Assembly: GCA_050012475.1 (NCBI GenBank)
Contig: JBEKHC010000025.1
Coordinates: 1-53,539 of the forward strand
DNA: 53,539 nt
From: Candidatus Velthaea sp.
GTDB lineage: Bacteria; Vulcanimicrobiota; Vulcanimicrobiia; Vulcanimicrobiales; Vulcanimicrobiaceae
Direction of reading: 5' to 3'
Made by a program: the position numbers and the translations under genes. Shown piece after piece: positions 39,938 to 49,225 of the stretch. Numbering within the stretch: position 1 is the first letter of the stretch; each line of letters opens with the position of its first letter. Below the pieces are notes generated by a model. That model was not told where the DNA came from. It searched no databases and saw only the letters and a program-made list of their open reading frames with translations.

Positions 39938-40783
39938 ATGTCGTTTGACGCTGCAATAACGTATGCCGAGCGCCACACGTTGCATGCGCTGCTCATCGCG
40001 GTTCACGGCGAGATCGCGGTTACGCGTGCGGGACCGGGTTGGGAAATGACGCGGCCGCATGCGCTCTACAGCGGAACGAAGAGCTTCTGGGGGATTACCG
40101 CAGCGGCCGCGGCGCAGGACGGCCTGCTCGAACTCGACGAGCCGGTCGGCGCGACGATCAACGAGTGGCCGGCGCGTTCTCCGCAGGCCGCAGTAACGGT
40201 TCGGCAGCTGCTGACGCTCACCGCGGGCTATGCTTTTGGAGGGATGGGGAACGCCGTGCCAACACCCGAGCGGGCGCTGGAAATTCCGCTCAAGGACGAG
40301 CCGGGCGCAGTGTTTACGTACGGGGGCGTTCCATTGCAAGTCTTCGGCGAAGTTCTCCGCCGGAAAGTCGCGCCGCGTTACGCGTCGCCCCACGCTTACC
40401 TCGAGGCCCGGGTTCTGGCGCGGATCGGGATGACGATCGATCATTGGCGGCGGCTGCGCGACAACTCGCAGCCGCTGCCGACCGGCGCATTCGTGACGGC
40501 GCCCGAGTGGCTCAACTTCGGCAGACTGCTGCTCGAGCGCGGGGCCGGGGTGATCGACGCCGCACGCTTTGCGCAATGCACGACGGGCTCGGCTGCCAAT
40601 CCGGCGTATGGACTCGGACTTTGGCTGGTTCACCGAGACGGTGAGCTCGCTGCCCTGTACGCCAGCGGCGCGGGCGGCCAAGGCCTTTACGTTTTGCCGG
40701 CACGGGGCATCGTTGCCGTCCGGTTCGGCCAAAGCGCGTCGTGGAATCATGCCGCGTTTCTCAAACGGCTCGAAAACGGCTGA
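39938..40783 (+). CDS. Serine hydrolase, beta-lactamase class C-like family
   Basis: S-x-x-K (SGTKS), TVRQLLTLTAG, PG.VFTY, ASGAGGQ. Confidence 0.88.
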   Translation: MSFDAAITYAERHTLHALLIAVHGEIAVTRAGPGWEMTRPHALYSGTKSFWGITAAAAAQDGLLELDEPVGATINEWPARSPQAAVTVRQLLTLTAGYAFGGMGNAVPTPERALEIPLKDEPGAVFTYGGVPLQVFGEVLRRKVAPRYASPHAYLEARVLARIGMTIDHWRRLRDNSQPLPTGAFVTAPEWLNFGRLLLERGAGVIDAARFAQCTTGSAANPAYGLGLWLVHRDGELAALYASGAGGQGLYVLPARGIVAVRFGQSASWNHAAFLKRLENG

Positions 40784-40786
40784 CGC

Positions 40787-41575
40787 TCAGCGGCTCGACC
40801 CTCGCTGCAAATACGGCTGCGCCCAGCCCAGCCCAGCGACGGTCTCGCCGGCCGGCCGATACTCGCACCCGACCCAGCCCGTATAGCCGACATGGTCGAG
40901 CACCTCCAGCAGATAAGCGTAATTCACTTCGCCCACGTCGGGCTCGTGACGGGCCGGGTTGCCCGCGATCTGGACGTGTCCAATCAACGGGGAGAGCGCG
41001 CGGATGCGATGTTCGAGATCGCCTTCGGAGATTTGGGCGTGATAGAGGTCGAGCTGCAACGCCACATTCGGCCGGTCGATTCGCGCGATCAAGGCGGCGG
41101 CCTGAGCCGTGGTATGCAGAAAATATCCCGGCATGTCGCGCCGATTGATCGGCTCGATGACGACGCGCCGGCCCGCGGCGGCAAACGCGTCGGCGGCGAA
41201 CCGAATGTTTGCCACGTACGCGGCGATCGCGCGCGCGTCGTCGCCGGCGGCATGGCCGGCCATCGCATGCACGGTCGGACAGCCCAGCGCTTGAGCGTAC
41301 GCCAGCGCGCGCTCGACGCCGGCGGCGAACTCCGCTTCGCGGCCGGGCAAGGCCGCCAAACCACGTTCGCCGGCAGTCCAATCGCCCGGCGGCAGATTGA
41401 AGAGCGCCATCTCCAAACCCGCCGAGCGCAGCCGGGCGGCCACGACGTGCGGCTCGTCGTCGTACGGAAACAAGAACTCGACCGCCGCAAAACCGGCCGC
41501 CGCCGCCGCCGCGAAGCGATCGAGAAACGGTTCTTCGGTGAACATCAGGCTGAGGTTCGCGGCCAGTTTGGGCAC
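40787..41575 (-). CDS. hyi: Hydroxypyruvate isomerase / 2-oxo-tetronate isomerase family
   Basis: PKLAANLSLMFTE.PFLDRF, IEPIN.RD.PGYFL, DLYH.Q, HVQIA..P.RHEP, GCEY.P. Confidence 0.9.
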   Translation of the reverse strand: MPKLAANLSLMFTEEPFLDRFAAAAAAGFAAVEFLFPYDDEPHVVAARLRSAGLEMALFNLPPGDWTAGERGLAALPGREAEFAAGVERALAYAQALGCPTVHAMAGHAAGDDARAIAAYVANIRFAADAFAAAGRRVVIEPINRRDMPGYFLHTTAQAAALIARIDRPNVALQLDLYHAQISEGDLEHRIRALSPLIGHVQIAGNPARHEPDVGEVNYAYLLEVLDHVGYTGWVGCEYRPAGETVAGLGWAQPYLQRGSSR

Positions 41576-41637
41576 GTTGAAGTCTCCGGGCAAGGCTGCC
41601 GCGGGAAAAAACCGCCGGCGCACCGACGATCCCGGCA

Positions 41638-42204
41638 ATGACGATCGTGATCCTGGCGGCCGGCGCGGCGCGGCGCATGGGAAGCCAAAAACTGCTGCTG
41701 CCGATCGACGGCCGGCCGATGATCGCCCACGTTCTCGCTGCGGCGGTCGGCTGGCCGATCGTCGTCGTGAGCGGCGCCGAGCTCGAGCCGCTGTTGACGG
41801 CGCTCCCGCTGCGCATCGTCCGCAACGTTGCCCCCGAGCGTGGCATGTCACACTCGCTCGCACTAGCCAACGCCGTCATTGCGCCCGGCGAAGCCATCGC
41901 CGTTCTTCTGGGCGACCTGCCGGACATCACGCCGGCCGCAGTCGCGGCGGCGATCGATGCGTATGACGAAACCGTCGACGTCGTCGTTCCGCGCCGCGGC
42001 GACGCATTCGGGCATCCGATCGTCTTCGGTCCGCTTGCCCGGCGCAAGATCGCGGGGCTGGCCGACGGCGATACGATCCGCGAGCTGCGCGACGATCCAG
42101 GCTTGCGGCGCCGAATGCTGCCGGCGGACCCCGGCGCGCTCACCGATATCGACACGCCGGACGACTATGCGCAACGCACCTTGCGGAAGCGGTCCAAAGA
42201 GTGA
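41638..42204 (+). CDS. MocA/MobA-like nucleotidyltransferase
   Basis: ILAAG.ARRMG..KLLL, GMSHSL, LGDLP, GHP.VF, DIDTPDDY. Confidence 0.9.
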   Translation: MTIVILAAGAARRMGSQKLLLPIDGRPMIAHVLAAAVGWPIVVVSGAELEPLLTALPLRIVRNVAPERGMSHSLALANAVIAPGEAIAVLLGDLPDITPAAVAAAIDAYDETVDVVVPRRGDAFGHPIVFGPLARRKIAGLADGDTIRELRDDPGLRRRMLPADPGALTDIDTPDDYAQRTLRKRSKE

Positions 42205-42378
42205 CGACTGGCCGATTGTCGGCCCGGCGGGTAAAACTCATGTAACGTCGAGGGTTGTTTGTGGGAATAGTCTAATAGGTCACCACCGGCTCTTGCAGGC
42301 GTGCAACGCCTCGAACCGGATTTCTTACACATCCGCTTCGACGTACTGCGACGAAGCGGCTCCGTATGTATAGGCGTA

Positions 42379-45288
42379 ATGGCAATGCAAGACGCGACGG
42401 CGGCCGATGAAACGCGGCCGCGCCGCCGCTCGGCAAACTTGACCGCAGTGGAAAAGCCCCTGCGGTCCCCTCAGCTGCGCCCGTATCAGGTCGAAGCGCA
42501 ACAGGCAATCGTCGAGCACCGCAAACGCGGCATCCGGACGCAGCTCGTTTCCCTTGCCACCGGCCTTGGAAAGTGCGTCGATCCACAGACGTGGGTCTGG
42601 TCGAACGGCCTGCGGCGCTTTGGCGACACCTGGGGCAGCCGGCGCATCGCCGGTCCCGAGCAGACCGACGAGGTCGTCGGCTGGTACGACGACGGCGTCA
42701 ATCCGGGTCGCCGGATCGACACCGCCGCCGGATTCACGATCGACGGCACGCTTGCGCATCGGATTTGGATTCGGCGTGACGACGGTTTCGAGGGCTGGTG
42801 CCGGTTGGAAGCGGTGCGCGTCGGCGACTTCGTCGCGGTCGCGCGCGGGCGGGCCGATTTTGGTTCGAGCGCGCTCCCCGAATGCGACGCCTACGAGCTT
42901 GGCCGAGCGAGCGCGGCAGCCGATTGCCGCGTTGTTCGCGCGAGCACGAACGGGCCGGAACAGCGCGAGCGCGGCGGAACGTCGACCATCGCCGCGCCGG
43001 CGGCGGAAAACGTTGTCCCCGCGGTCATCCTGAGCGGAACCCGTGACACGGTCCGCGCCTATCTGCGCGGATATTTTCACGCCGGCGACGCCGCTGCGCG
43101 CGACGGGTATACAACCGCGAGCCGCACCTTCGCCGAGCAGCTGCAACTGTTAACGCTCGGCCTCGGCGTGTTCTGCGGCGTGCGTTCGGCCGCGTCGGCC
43201 GGCGGCGCAGCCCGCGCCGCGCTCGACGTGTACGACCGCGAGGCGTTTACGCGCGAATTCGGTTTCGCGCCGCTGGACCGGCTCGAGGATCGCTGTTGCG
43301 ACGTCATTCCGGGTCTCGCTGCATTGGTGGATGCATTGCCCGTCGACGTGACCGGCGAGCGCGGCTCGGGCGCACCGGCATACGCGCGAGTTCGCCGCTG
43401 GTTAGCCGACGCGCCCGCCTGCGCCGCGACGCGCGAACTCGAACGGCTCGTCGCCGAACACCGTGCCTGGACCCCGGTCGTCGAGATCAACGACTCGGCG
43501 ATCCGCCGAATCGACTGTCAAGTCGAGTCGTCGCATGCTTTCGTCGGCAACGGGATCGTCAATCACAACACGGTCATCATCGCCACGCTGCCCAAGATCC
43601 TGGGCTTGCGCGAAGGCGACGTCACGCTCGTCGTCGCGCATCGCGACGAACTCATCGAACAGATCGTCGAAAAGATGCACGTCGAGAATCCGACGGCGAA
43701 GATCGGTGTCGAGAAAGCCGAACGGCGCGCCGACGAAGATGCCGACATCGTCGTGGCGACCGTGCAGACGCTGGGCGACAAGCGGTTGGCAGAGTTCGCG
43801 TCGCGGTTCGGACGGCGGATCGCCCTGTTCGTCATCGACGAAGCGCATCATGCGGCGGCGCCGTCGTACCGCGCGATCGTCGACCGCATCTTCGCGCTGC
43901 GCAGCGACGCGATGATCATGGGATTCACCGCAACGCCCAATCGCGGCGACGGCGTGCGGCTCATCGACGTGTTCGAAAAAATCGTTTACGAGATGGATAC
44001 CCGCAAAGCGATCGACGCGGGCTATCTCGTTCCGGTCAAATCGTTTGCGATCGCCACGACGACCAACCTCGACGGCGTCGCCTCGCGCGGCGGCGACTTC
44101 GTCATCGGCGCGCTGGCCGCCGCCGTCAACACCGTCGACCGCAACGCGCGAATCGTCGCGTCGTACAAACAACACACGGCAGGGATGAAGGCGCTGGTGT
44201 TCACCGCGTCGGTCGAACATGCGCGCGACGTCGCCGAAGAATTCGTCGCCAACGGCGTCAAGGCCGAATGGGCCAGCGGTGAAACGCCCAAAGCCGAACG
44301 CGAGCGCATCGTGCGCGATTTCCGCAGCGGCAAAACGCACGTCCTGGTGAACTGCGGACTGTACCTCGAAGGCTTTGACGTTCCGTCGGTTCAGGTCATC
44401 CTCAACGCCCGGCCGACCAAGTCGACGACGCTGTACACGCAGATCACCGGCCGCGCGCTCCGACCGGTCGACGACATCGCCAACGCGCTTTCCCATACCG
44501 GCTCGGCACTGACCCGCCGCGAACTCATCGAGAAGAGCATCAAGCCGGCGGCAATCATCATCGATCTGGTCGATCAGGCCCAGCGCCATGCGCTCGTCAC
44601 GCTGCCGTCGCTCTACGGCTTGCCGCCGCAGATCGATGCGCAAGGCCGGATGACCGCCCAAGTCGCTGACAAATTCGAGGAACTGCTCAAACTCGATCCC
44701 AAGCGCGCGGCAAAGGTCCGAAGTGCCGACGACATCATCACGATGCTGGCCGAGGTCGACGCGTTCGCCGCGCCGCCGGAAATCAAGCCGACGTGGACGG
44801 CGATCGATCCGATGGATCACTGGCGGATGGAGTTACCCGCCCAACGCGTCGCGTACGATCGCAAGGGCCGGCCGATCCCCAATTTCAGCAAGCTCTACGA
44901 TCAGTGGGTCACCGAGGCCAAACGCATCGCGCCGCACGAAGATGCCGAGTCGTTTGCCCGGCGCATGCTCAACGTCGATCCCAAAATGATTCGTTACGAG
45001 CGCTCGCGCATCGACGTCAAACGCGACGGCGACTTTTACTTGACGCTGTACACGACCGACGATCTGCCCGAGCGCGTGATCGACAAGTCGTCGTCGCTTC
45101 CCGGAGCACTGGGCAGCGCCTACACGCGCGTCGACGAGATGCTCTCGGGCTACACGCAGATCGCCACGTTGCCCAACGGGCGGCCGCGCCCAGCCGGTCC
45201 GGCGGTGCCGGGCGCCGCGAAACCGGCCGGTTCGGGCCTCGCAAAGCGCTCGCGCAATGGCCGCAGCAACCGCCGCCCCCGCCCATAG
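42379..45288 (+). CDS. SF2 DEAH helicase (ResIII/Irc3/RadD-like) containing an intein
   Basis: LRPYQ, LATGLGK[intein]T, VAHR.EL, DEAHHA, GFTATP.R.D, EGFD.P, RPTKS..LY.Q..GR.LR. Confidence 0.92.
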   Translation: MAMQDATAADETRPRRRSANLTAVEKPLRSPQLRPYQVEAQQAIVEHRKRGIRTQLVSLATGLGKCVDPQTWVWSNGLRRFGDTWGSRRIAGPEQTDEVVGWYDDGVNPGRRIDTAAGFTIDGTLAHRIWIRRDDGFEGWCRLEAVRVGDFVAVARGRADFGSSALPECDAYELGRASAAADCRVVRASTNGPEQRERGGTSTIAAPAAENVVPAVILSGTRDTVRAYLRGYFHAGDAAARDGYTTASRTFAEQLQLLTLGLGVFCGVRSAASAGGAARAALDVYDREAFTREFGFAPLDRLEDRCCDVIPGLAALVDALPVDVTGERGSGAPAYARVRRWLADAPACAATRELERLVAEHRAWTPVVEINDSAIRRIDCQVESSHAFVGNGIVNHNTVIIATLPKILGLREGDVTLVVAHRDELIEQIVEKMHVENPTAKIGVEKAERRADEDADIVVATVQTLGDKRLAEFASRFGRRIALFVIDEAHHAAAPSYRAIVDRIFALRSDAMIMGFTATPNRGDGVRLIDVFEKIVYEMDTRKAIDAGYLVPVKSFAIATTTNLDGVASRGGDFVIGALAAAVNTVDRNARIVASYKQHTAGMKALVFTASVEHARDVAEEFVANGVKAEWASGETPKAERERIVRDFRSGKTHVLVNCGLYLEGFDVPSVQVILNARPTKSTTLYTQITGRALRPVDDIANALSHTGSALTRRELIEKSIKPAAIIIDLVDQAQRHALVTLPSLYGLPPQIDAQGRMTAQVADKFEELLKLDPKRAAKVRSADDIITMLAEVDAFAAPPEIKPTWTAIDPMDHWRMELPAQRVAYDRKGRPIPNFSKLYDQWVTEAKRIAPHEDAESFARRMLNVDPKMIRYERSRIDVKRDGDFYLTLYTTDDLPERVIDKSSSLPGALGSAYTRVDEMLSGYTQIATLPNGRPRPAGPAVPGAAKPAGSGLAKRSRNGRSNRRPRP
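42574..43569 (+). mobile_element. Intein (332 aa) with degenerate LAGLIDADG endonuclease
   Basis: Starts CVDPQTWV, block B GTLAHRIW, ends FVGNGIVNHN|T; interrupts Walker A GK|T. Confidence 0.93.
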
Positions 45289-45373
45289 GCGCTGCCTGCG
45301 CGAAAGCCTTTAGCGGGGTAGCTGCTTGCGGAGGTTCTGGCCAGATCTATAAACTACATAACGGTCGGCGTTA

Positions 45374-45775
45374 ATGCGCGAGCGTCTTCGACGCAAGTGT
45401 CGTGGTCGATTGGTTTCTTCCGAACCGCAACGACATTGCGGAAATCGCATTGGATCGAGTCGTTGCCGACGCGCGCTGGTTCCTGCTCTTTGGCGCTGGG
45501 AAGTACAGGACGTGCTGCGTCGGCTCCACGCCGCTGGCCGCCTGACGCAGTCAATCGACTTCATTCGTGCGGAACTCCGCGAGTTGCCGATCGCCGTCGA
45601 TGCCGACCTCACGGGTCTGTTCGGCGAGGAAGCCGCTATCGCGGCCCACTACAACCTGACGTGCTACGACGCCGCTTACCTCGAATTAGCGCTCCGTTTG
45701 CGTGCGCCACTCGCCACGAACGATCGCGCACTTCGGGCGGCCAAAGCCGCTCGGCTTGTGCCCTTAAGGCGCTGA
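45374..45775 (+). pseudogene. vapC: VapC/PIN toxin remnant with compensating frameshifts
   Basis: The C-part VPALWRWEV...LT.YDAAYLELA...PLAT.D..L is PIN-like. The N-terminal VFDASVVVDWF lies in another frame (45384-45470). Confidence 0.75.
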
Positions 45776-45838
45776 TCCTTGGTCTTGGCTTCCGTCTGAT
45801 TTGAATGCCAGCAAGCATTGCCGAAGGCGCATGTTCTT

Positions 45839-47578
45839 TTACGCACGTGAGTGCGCTGACGACGCCGACGCCGAATCGGCAAAACGGGATGCGGTGACAT
45901 CCCTTCGCTTGGCGACGACCCGATAACTGAAGGCGCCGCCAGCTGCGGAGGTTTTTGCGCGTACGCGAAATCCGGTTCGCGTTCGATTCGTCGCGCAGAG
46001 CGGATGGTCTTCGTCGTACGCGCTGATGAACACGTGATAGGGATCGCCACTGGTGACAGAAACGAATGACGGATCGAGCGTCACCTGTGCCTCGCCGTTC
46101 TCGAGTTCGCCGAACCCGAAGTCCTCGAACCAGCTCTCGGGGCTCTCGACGCAATACATCAAGCGCTGCGAGCCGTCGGGAAACGCTACCGCCGCGGACT
46201 TTTTCCCGGTGACGGTCAAGTCACCGTTCACGACCACGTTTCCGTTGAGCTCGGCGGCATACAACCTACCCGAGGCAATCAAGCCGATCGTGCCGAGAAC
46301 ATTCGTGTTGCCCTCGGCGACCAGACCGATGGCGCTCTCGGAAAAGGCGTACACGCCGGACCCGCTGCTGGATTGAGCGCTGACGCCCGGACCGGATGCC
46401 GAGATTCCTTGCACGCCAGTGCCCGACGTCGAGGTCCCTTGCACGCCGTTGGCGGTTGGCGAGCCGCCGATCCCCAAAACGCCCGGCGCGTCATCGGCAC
46501 CGCCGAGACCGTAAACGCCCACCGCTTGTCCGAGTGGCGAGTAGTCGCTGCCGAAGCCGACACCGTGGACGCCCGGACCGCCAGGTGCGTTCGAACCCGT
46601 GGCCGGTGCCCCGCCTTGCCCGAAGACGCCGATCCCGCTGGCCCCCTCAGCGCTCAGATCGGCAAAGCCGGCGACGCCCGCCAAGGTCCCGCTAGCGTGG
46701 CCCTCGATGCCGTTGGTATTCCCACTGCCAGCCTGCCCAAAGACGCCGACCGCACCACCCAAGGGAGCAGCCGTGGCGGAGCCGCCGGACCCGATCCCCC
46801 AGACGCCCAGCGCCCCCGTGCCCTGACCCGCGCCGTAGAGGCCCGGTCCCGTACCATTTGGAGCACCGAAGCCCGCAACACCCGCCAACGTCCCGCTGCC
46901 GATGCCTTGCACGCCGTAGGCATTGAGGCTGCCGCCCTGCCCATAGACGCCGGCGGCGGTATCCGGCACGGAATTGTTTCCTCCGGAACCGATCCCGCGG
47001 ACGCCGGGTGCTCGCGGGCCGCGGCCCTCGCCGAACACGCCGGTCCCGTTGCTGGTCGGATCGCCGAAGCCGGCGACGCCCGAGAACTGCCCCGTCCCGT
47101 ACCCTTGCACGCCGTCAGCGTTACCGGATCCGGCCTTTCCGACGACGCCGACGCCGCCGGTGCCTCCCTGGCCGAGAACGCCTGGACCGTTCGTGCCTCC
47201 CTGCCCCTGGACGCCCGCATTCGAGGAGCCGCCTTCACCGACAACGCCGACGCCCGCGCCGATTCCGAGCACGCCGAAATTCTGTCCTTGACCCGGTGAG
47301 AACCCGTCACCGGTGTACTGCGGAACCCCGCCGGCTATCCCGACGACGCCCGTCCCCACACCTGGAAAAACAGCACTTCCGCCCGGACCCCCGTAGGCGA
47401 CAATACCATTCCCCGCCAGGATCCCGACGCTGTAGATGCCGTTGACCGGGGTAGTCAGCGGCGGCGGTGTCGCGAAGGTGAAAACCGTGAGGATGTCGCC
47501 GCCGCTTTCGAGTCCCCAATTACCATCGGCAATGATCTCGGTTGTCTGGCTGGTCTCGTTTTTGCCCCCAAATCCCAT
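45839..47578 (-). CDS. Gly-rich repeat protein with tail-fibre-like C-terminal domain
   Basis: Many GVxGxG repeats, then G.V.VNGDL.VTG.KSA...YCVESPESWFEDFG...FSYRVVAKR; GGAGG SD. Confidence 0.8.
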   Translation of the reverse strand: MGFGGKNETSQTTEIIADGNWGLESGGDILTVFTFATPPPLTTPVNGIYSVGILAGNGIVAYGGPGGSAVFPGVGTGVVGIAGGVPQYTGDGFSPGQGQNFGVLGIGAGVGVVGEGGSSNAGVQGQGGTNGPGVLGQGGTGGVGVVGKAGSGNADGVQGYGTGQFSGVAGFGDPTSNGTGVFGEGRGPRAPGVRGIGSGGNNSVPDTAAGVYGQGGSLNAYGVQGIGSGTLAGVAGFGAPNGTGPGLYGAGQGTGALGVWGIGSGGSATAAPLGGAVGVFGQAGSGNTNGIEGHASGTLAGVAGFADLSAEGASGIGVFGQGGAPATGSNAPGGPGVHGVGFGSDYSPLGQAVGVYGLGGADDAPGVLGIGGSPTANGVQGTSTSGTGVQGISASGPGVSAQSSSGSGVYAFSESAIGLVAEGNTNVLGTIGLIASGRLYAAELNGNVVVNGDLTVTGKKSAAVAFPDGSQRLMYCVESPESWFEDFGFGELENGEAQVTLDPSFVSVTSGDPYHVFISAYDEDHPLCATNRTRTGFRVRAKTSAAGGAFSYRVVAKRRDVTASRFADSASASSAHSRA

Positions 47579-47689
47579 CGCTTAGCCCCCTCCCCCGACG
47601 CATTACTGGATGCGTGCGTTGCCGACGAGCATAGGGCAGCCGGGGAACGTCGAGCATCCGGGAAAACACTGGACTTCGCGCGTCGCGCG

Positions 47690-48292
47690 CTACAGCCGGT
47701 GCCGGAATACGCAGCCGAAGCCGAGATCGGCGATGCAATCGAACGCGTCGGCGCGGCGTTGGATCGCGTCGCGTTCAAGCGGCGTGTGATACAGCAAAAC
47801 CACCTCACGACTGGGTCCGGCGAGCAGCGCATCGAGCATCGGCTCGAACACCTCAGACCGAAACGGATTGTAGAGATAGACGACGAGGTCGCCGCGCGGA
47901 AAGGTGAAGCTTGCCGCGTCGGCGCGCACGAGCCGAATGTCGCGGCAGCAGACGCCGGCGGCTGGGAAACGCTGCCGATTCTCACACGCGATCTGATGGA
48001 GCGCGGGAGATATCTCGACGCCGATGATCTGCCGGAACGGGCGGCGCGCCGCGAGCAGCACCACGCGCCCCATTCCCGAGCCGACGTCGACGAACGTCGA
48101 ACGCTCGGGCGCCAGCGGCGACGCGTCGAGTAAGCGTTCCGCGTCGTCGACCGGCGTCGCTTCGTAGTGCGTGGCGAACTCAATCCCCGGACCGACGTTT
48201 TCGGGATCCAGTTCGCCCAGAAAAATCAATGCTTCGGTCGTTACTCCGTGCGCGGCGTCGAAGCGCTGGCCGGCGCGGCGCCCCGACGGCAT
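47690..48292 (-). CDS. Class I SAM-dependent methyltransferase
   Basis: FVDVGSGMGR, GVEIS, DA..F, YLYNPF. Confidence 0.88.
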   Translation of the reverse strand: MPSGRRAGQRFDAAHGVTTEALIFLGELDPENVGPGIEFATHYEATPVDDAERLLDASPLAPERSTFVDVGSGMGRVVLLAARRPFRQIIGVEISPALHQIACENRQRFPAAGVCCRDIRLVRADAASFTFPRGDLVVYLYNPFRSEVFEPMLDALLAGPSREVVLLYHTPLERDAIQRRADAFDCIADLGFGCVFRHRL

Positions 48293-48810
48293 CAGGCCGC
48301 GCTGCGGCTCAGATAGTAATGCAGCTCGGCATCCAGGACGCGGCCCGCATCCAGACGCAGCGTCGCGTACGAGTAGCGCGGGTTCATCCGCTTGTCGGTC
48401 GGCGAACCGGGATTGAGCATCAGCCGTCCGGCGCGTTGTTCGCGCAGCGGACGATGGCTATGACCGAAACAGATGACGTCGACTTGCTCGTCCGCGAACG
48501 CGTCGAACGCATTGCGCGGCGCGGCATGCGCGCCCTTGTCGCCATGCACGAGACCGATGCGCACGCCGTCGATCACGAGAATCTTTTTGCGCCCGAATCG
48601 GTTGCGGATGTCTTCGCCGTCGTTGTTCCCGGCGACGGCCTCAACCGGAGCGATCGCGGTCAGCAGCTCGACTGCCAGCAAATCAGTCATGTCACCGCAG
48701 TGCAGGATGCGATCGACGCGCGCAGCCGTCAGGCCCGCTACGAGCGAGCGCGGCAGCGCGCTCCCGAACCGGGGCAAGTGCGTGTCCGATACGATGCCGA
48801 GAACGGTCAT
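48292..48810 (-). CDS. YfcE-family metallophosphoesterase
   Basis: SDTH, HCGD, GNND, HG, FGHSH, NPGS. Confidence 0.92.
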   Translation of the reverse strand: MTVLGIVSDTHLPRFGSALPRSLVAGLTAARVDRILHCGDMTDLLAVELLTAIAPVEAVAGNNDGEDIRNRFGRKKILVIDGVRIGLVHGDKGAHAAPRNAFDAFADEQVDVICFGHSHRPLREQRAGRLMLNPGSPTDKRMNPRYSYATLRLDAGRVLDAELHYYLSRSAA

Positions 48811-48879
48811 GCATCGGGTATTTCCATTTCGCGCGCCAACTCTTCGTCGGCTCGGCCGGGGCGGGCACTGCGCACGTTC

Positions 48880-49080
48880 CTAATGCGTGCGCAGTGCAGC
48901 GGATGTTTCGGTTTCGTTGTCTAGGGCTACCCCGATGCGCACGGCGAGCGCGCCAAGAAAAACGAGTATTCGTCCGGCTACGGCGCGCGGACTGCGAACG
49001 CGGCGGCAAAGCGCGACATCGCGCGCGACGTCACGCCGGCGTTGTCGACTCAGTTCGGTCAACACGACCAGATTGAGCAT
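48880..49080 (-). CDS. Small basic hypothetical protein (66 aa)
   Basis: GGAGG-T7-ATG; Arg-rich helix followed by an amphipathic segment (GRILVFLGALAVRIG). Confidence 0.7.
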   Translation of the reverse strand: MLNLVVLTELSRQRRRDVARDVALCRRVRSPRAVAGRILVFLGALAVRIGVALDNETETSAALRTH

Positions 49081-49107
49081 AAAAAAACCTCCGGCAGATG
49101 CGGAGGT
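49081..49107 (-). terminator. Attenuator terminator that also sequesters the SD
   Basis: Minus strand acctccg-catctgc-cggaggt with a T7 tract directly before the ATG at 49080. Confidence 0.8.
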
Positions 49108-49132
49108 CACTCAACTGAACCCGACGGTGCAG

Positions 49133-49225
49133 TTAGCGAACGTGACCCTCCGCGCAAAAAAGAACCAGCATCGATTCGCAACCGACAGCAGGCATCGAAG
49201 TGACGAAAAGGGCAATTGCGTTCAT
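49133..49225 (-). CDS. Leader peptide uORF (30 aa) MNAIALFVTSMPAVGCESMLVLFCAEGHVR
   Basis: Strong AAGGAG SD; its 3' end overlaps the antiterminator strand. Confidence 0.65.
   Translation of the reverse strand: MNAIALFVTSMPAVGCESMLVLFCAEGHVR

Noticed and set aside
45839..47578. Collagen-like or PE-PGRS call
   Set aside because: No sustained Gly-X-Y triplets and no PE domain.
45290..47690. Prophage or integrative element
   Set aside because: No integrase, att-like repeats or structural phage genes were seen.
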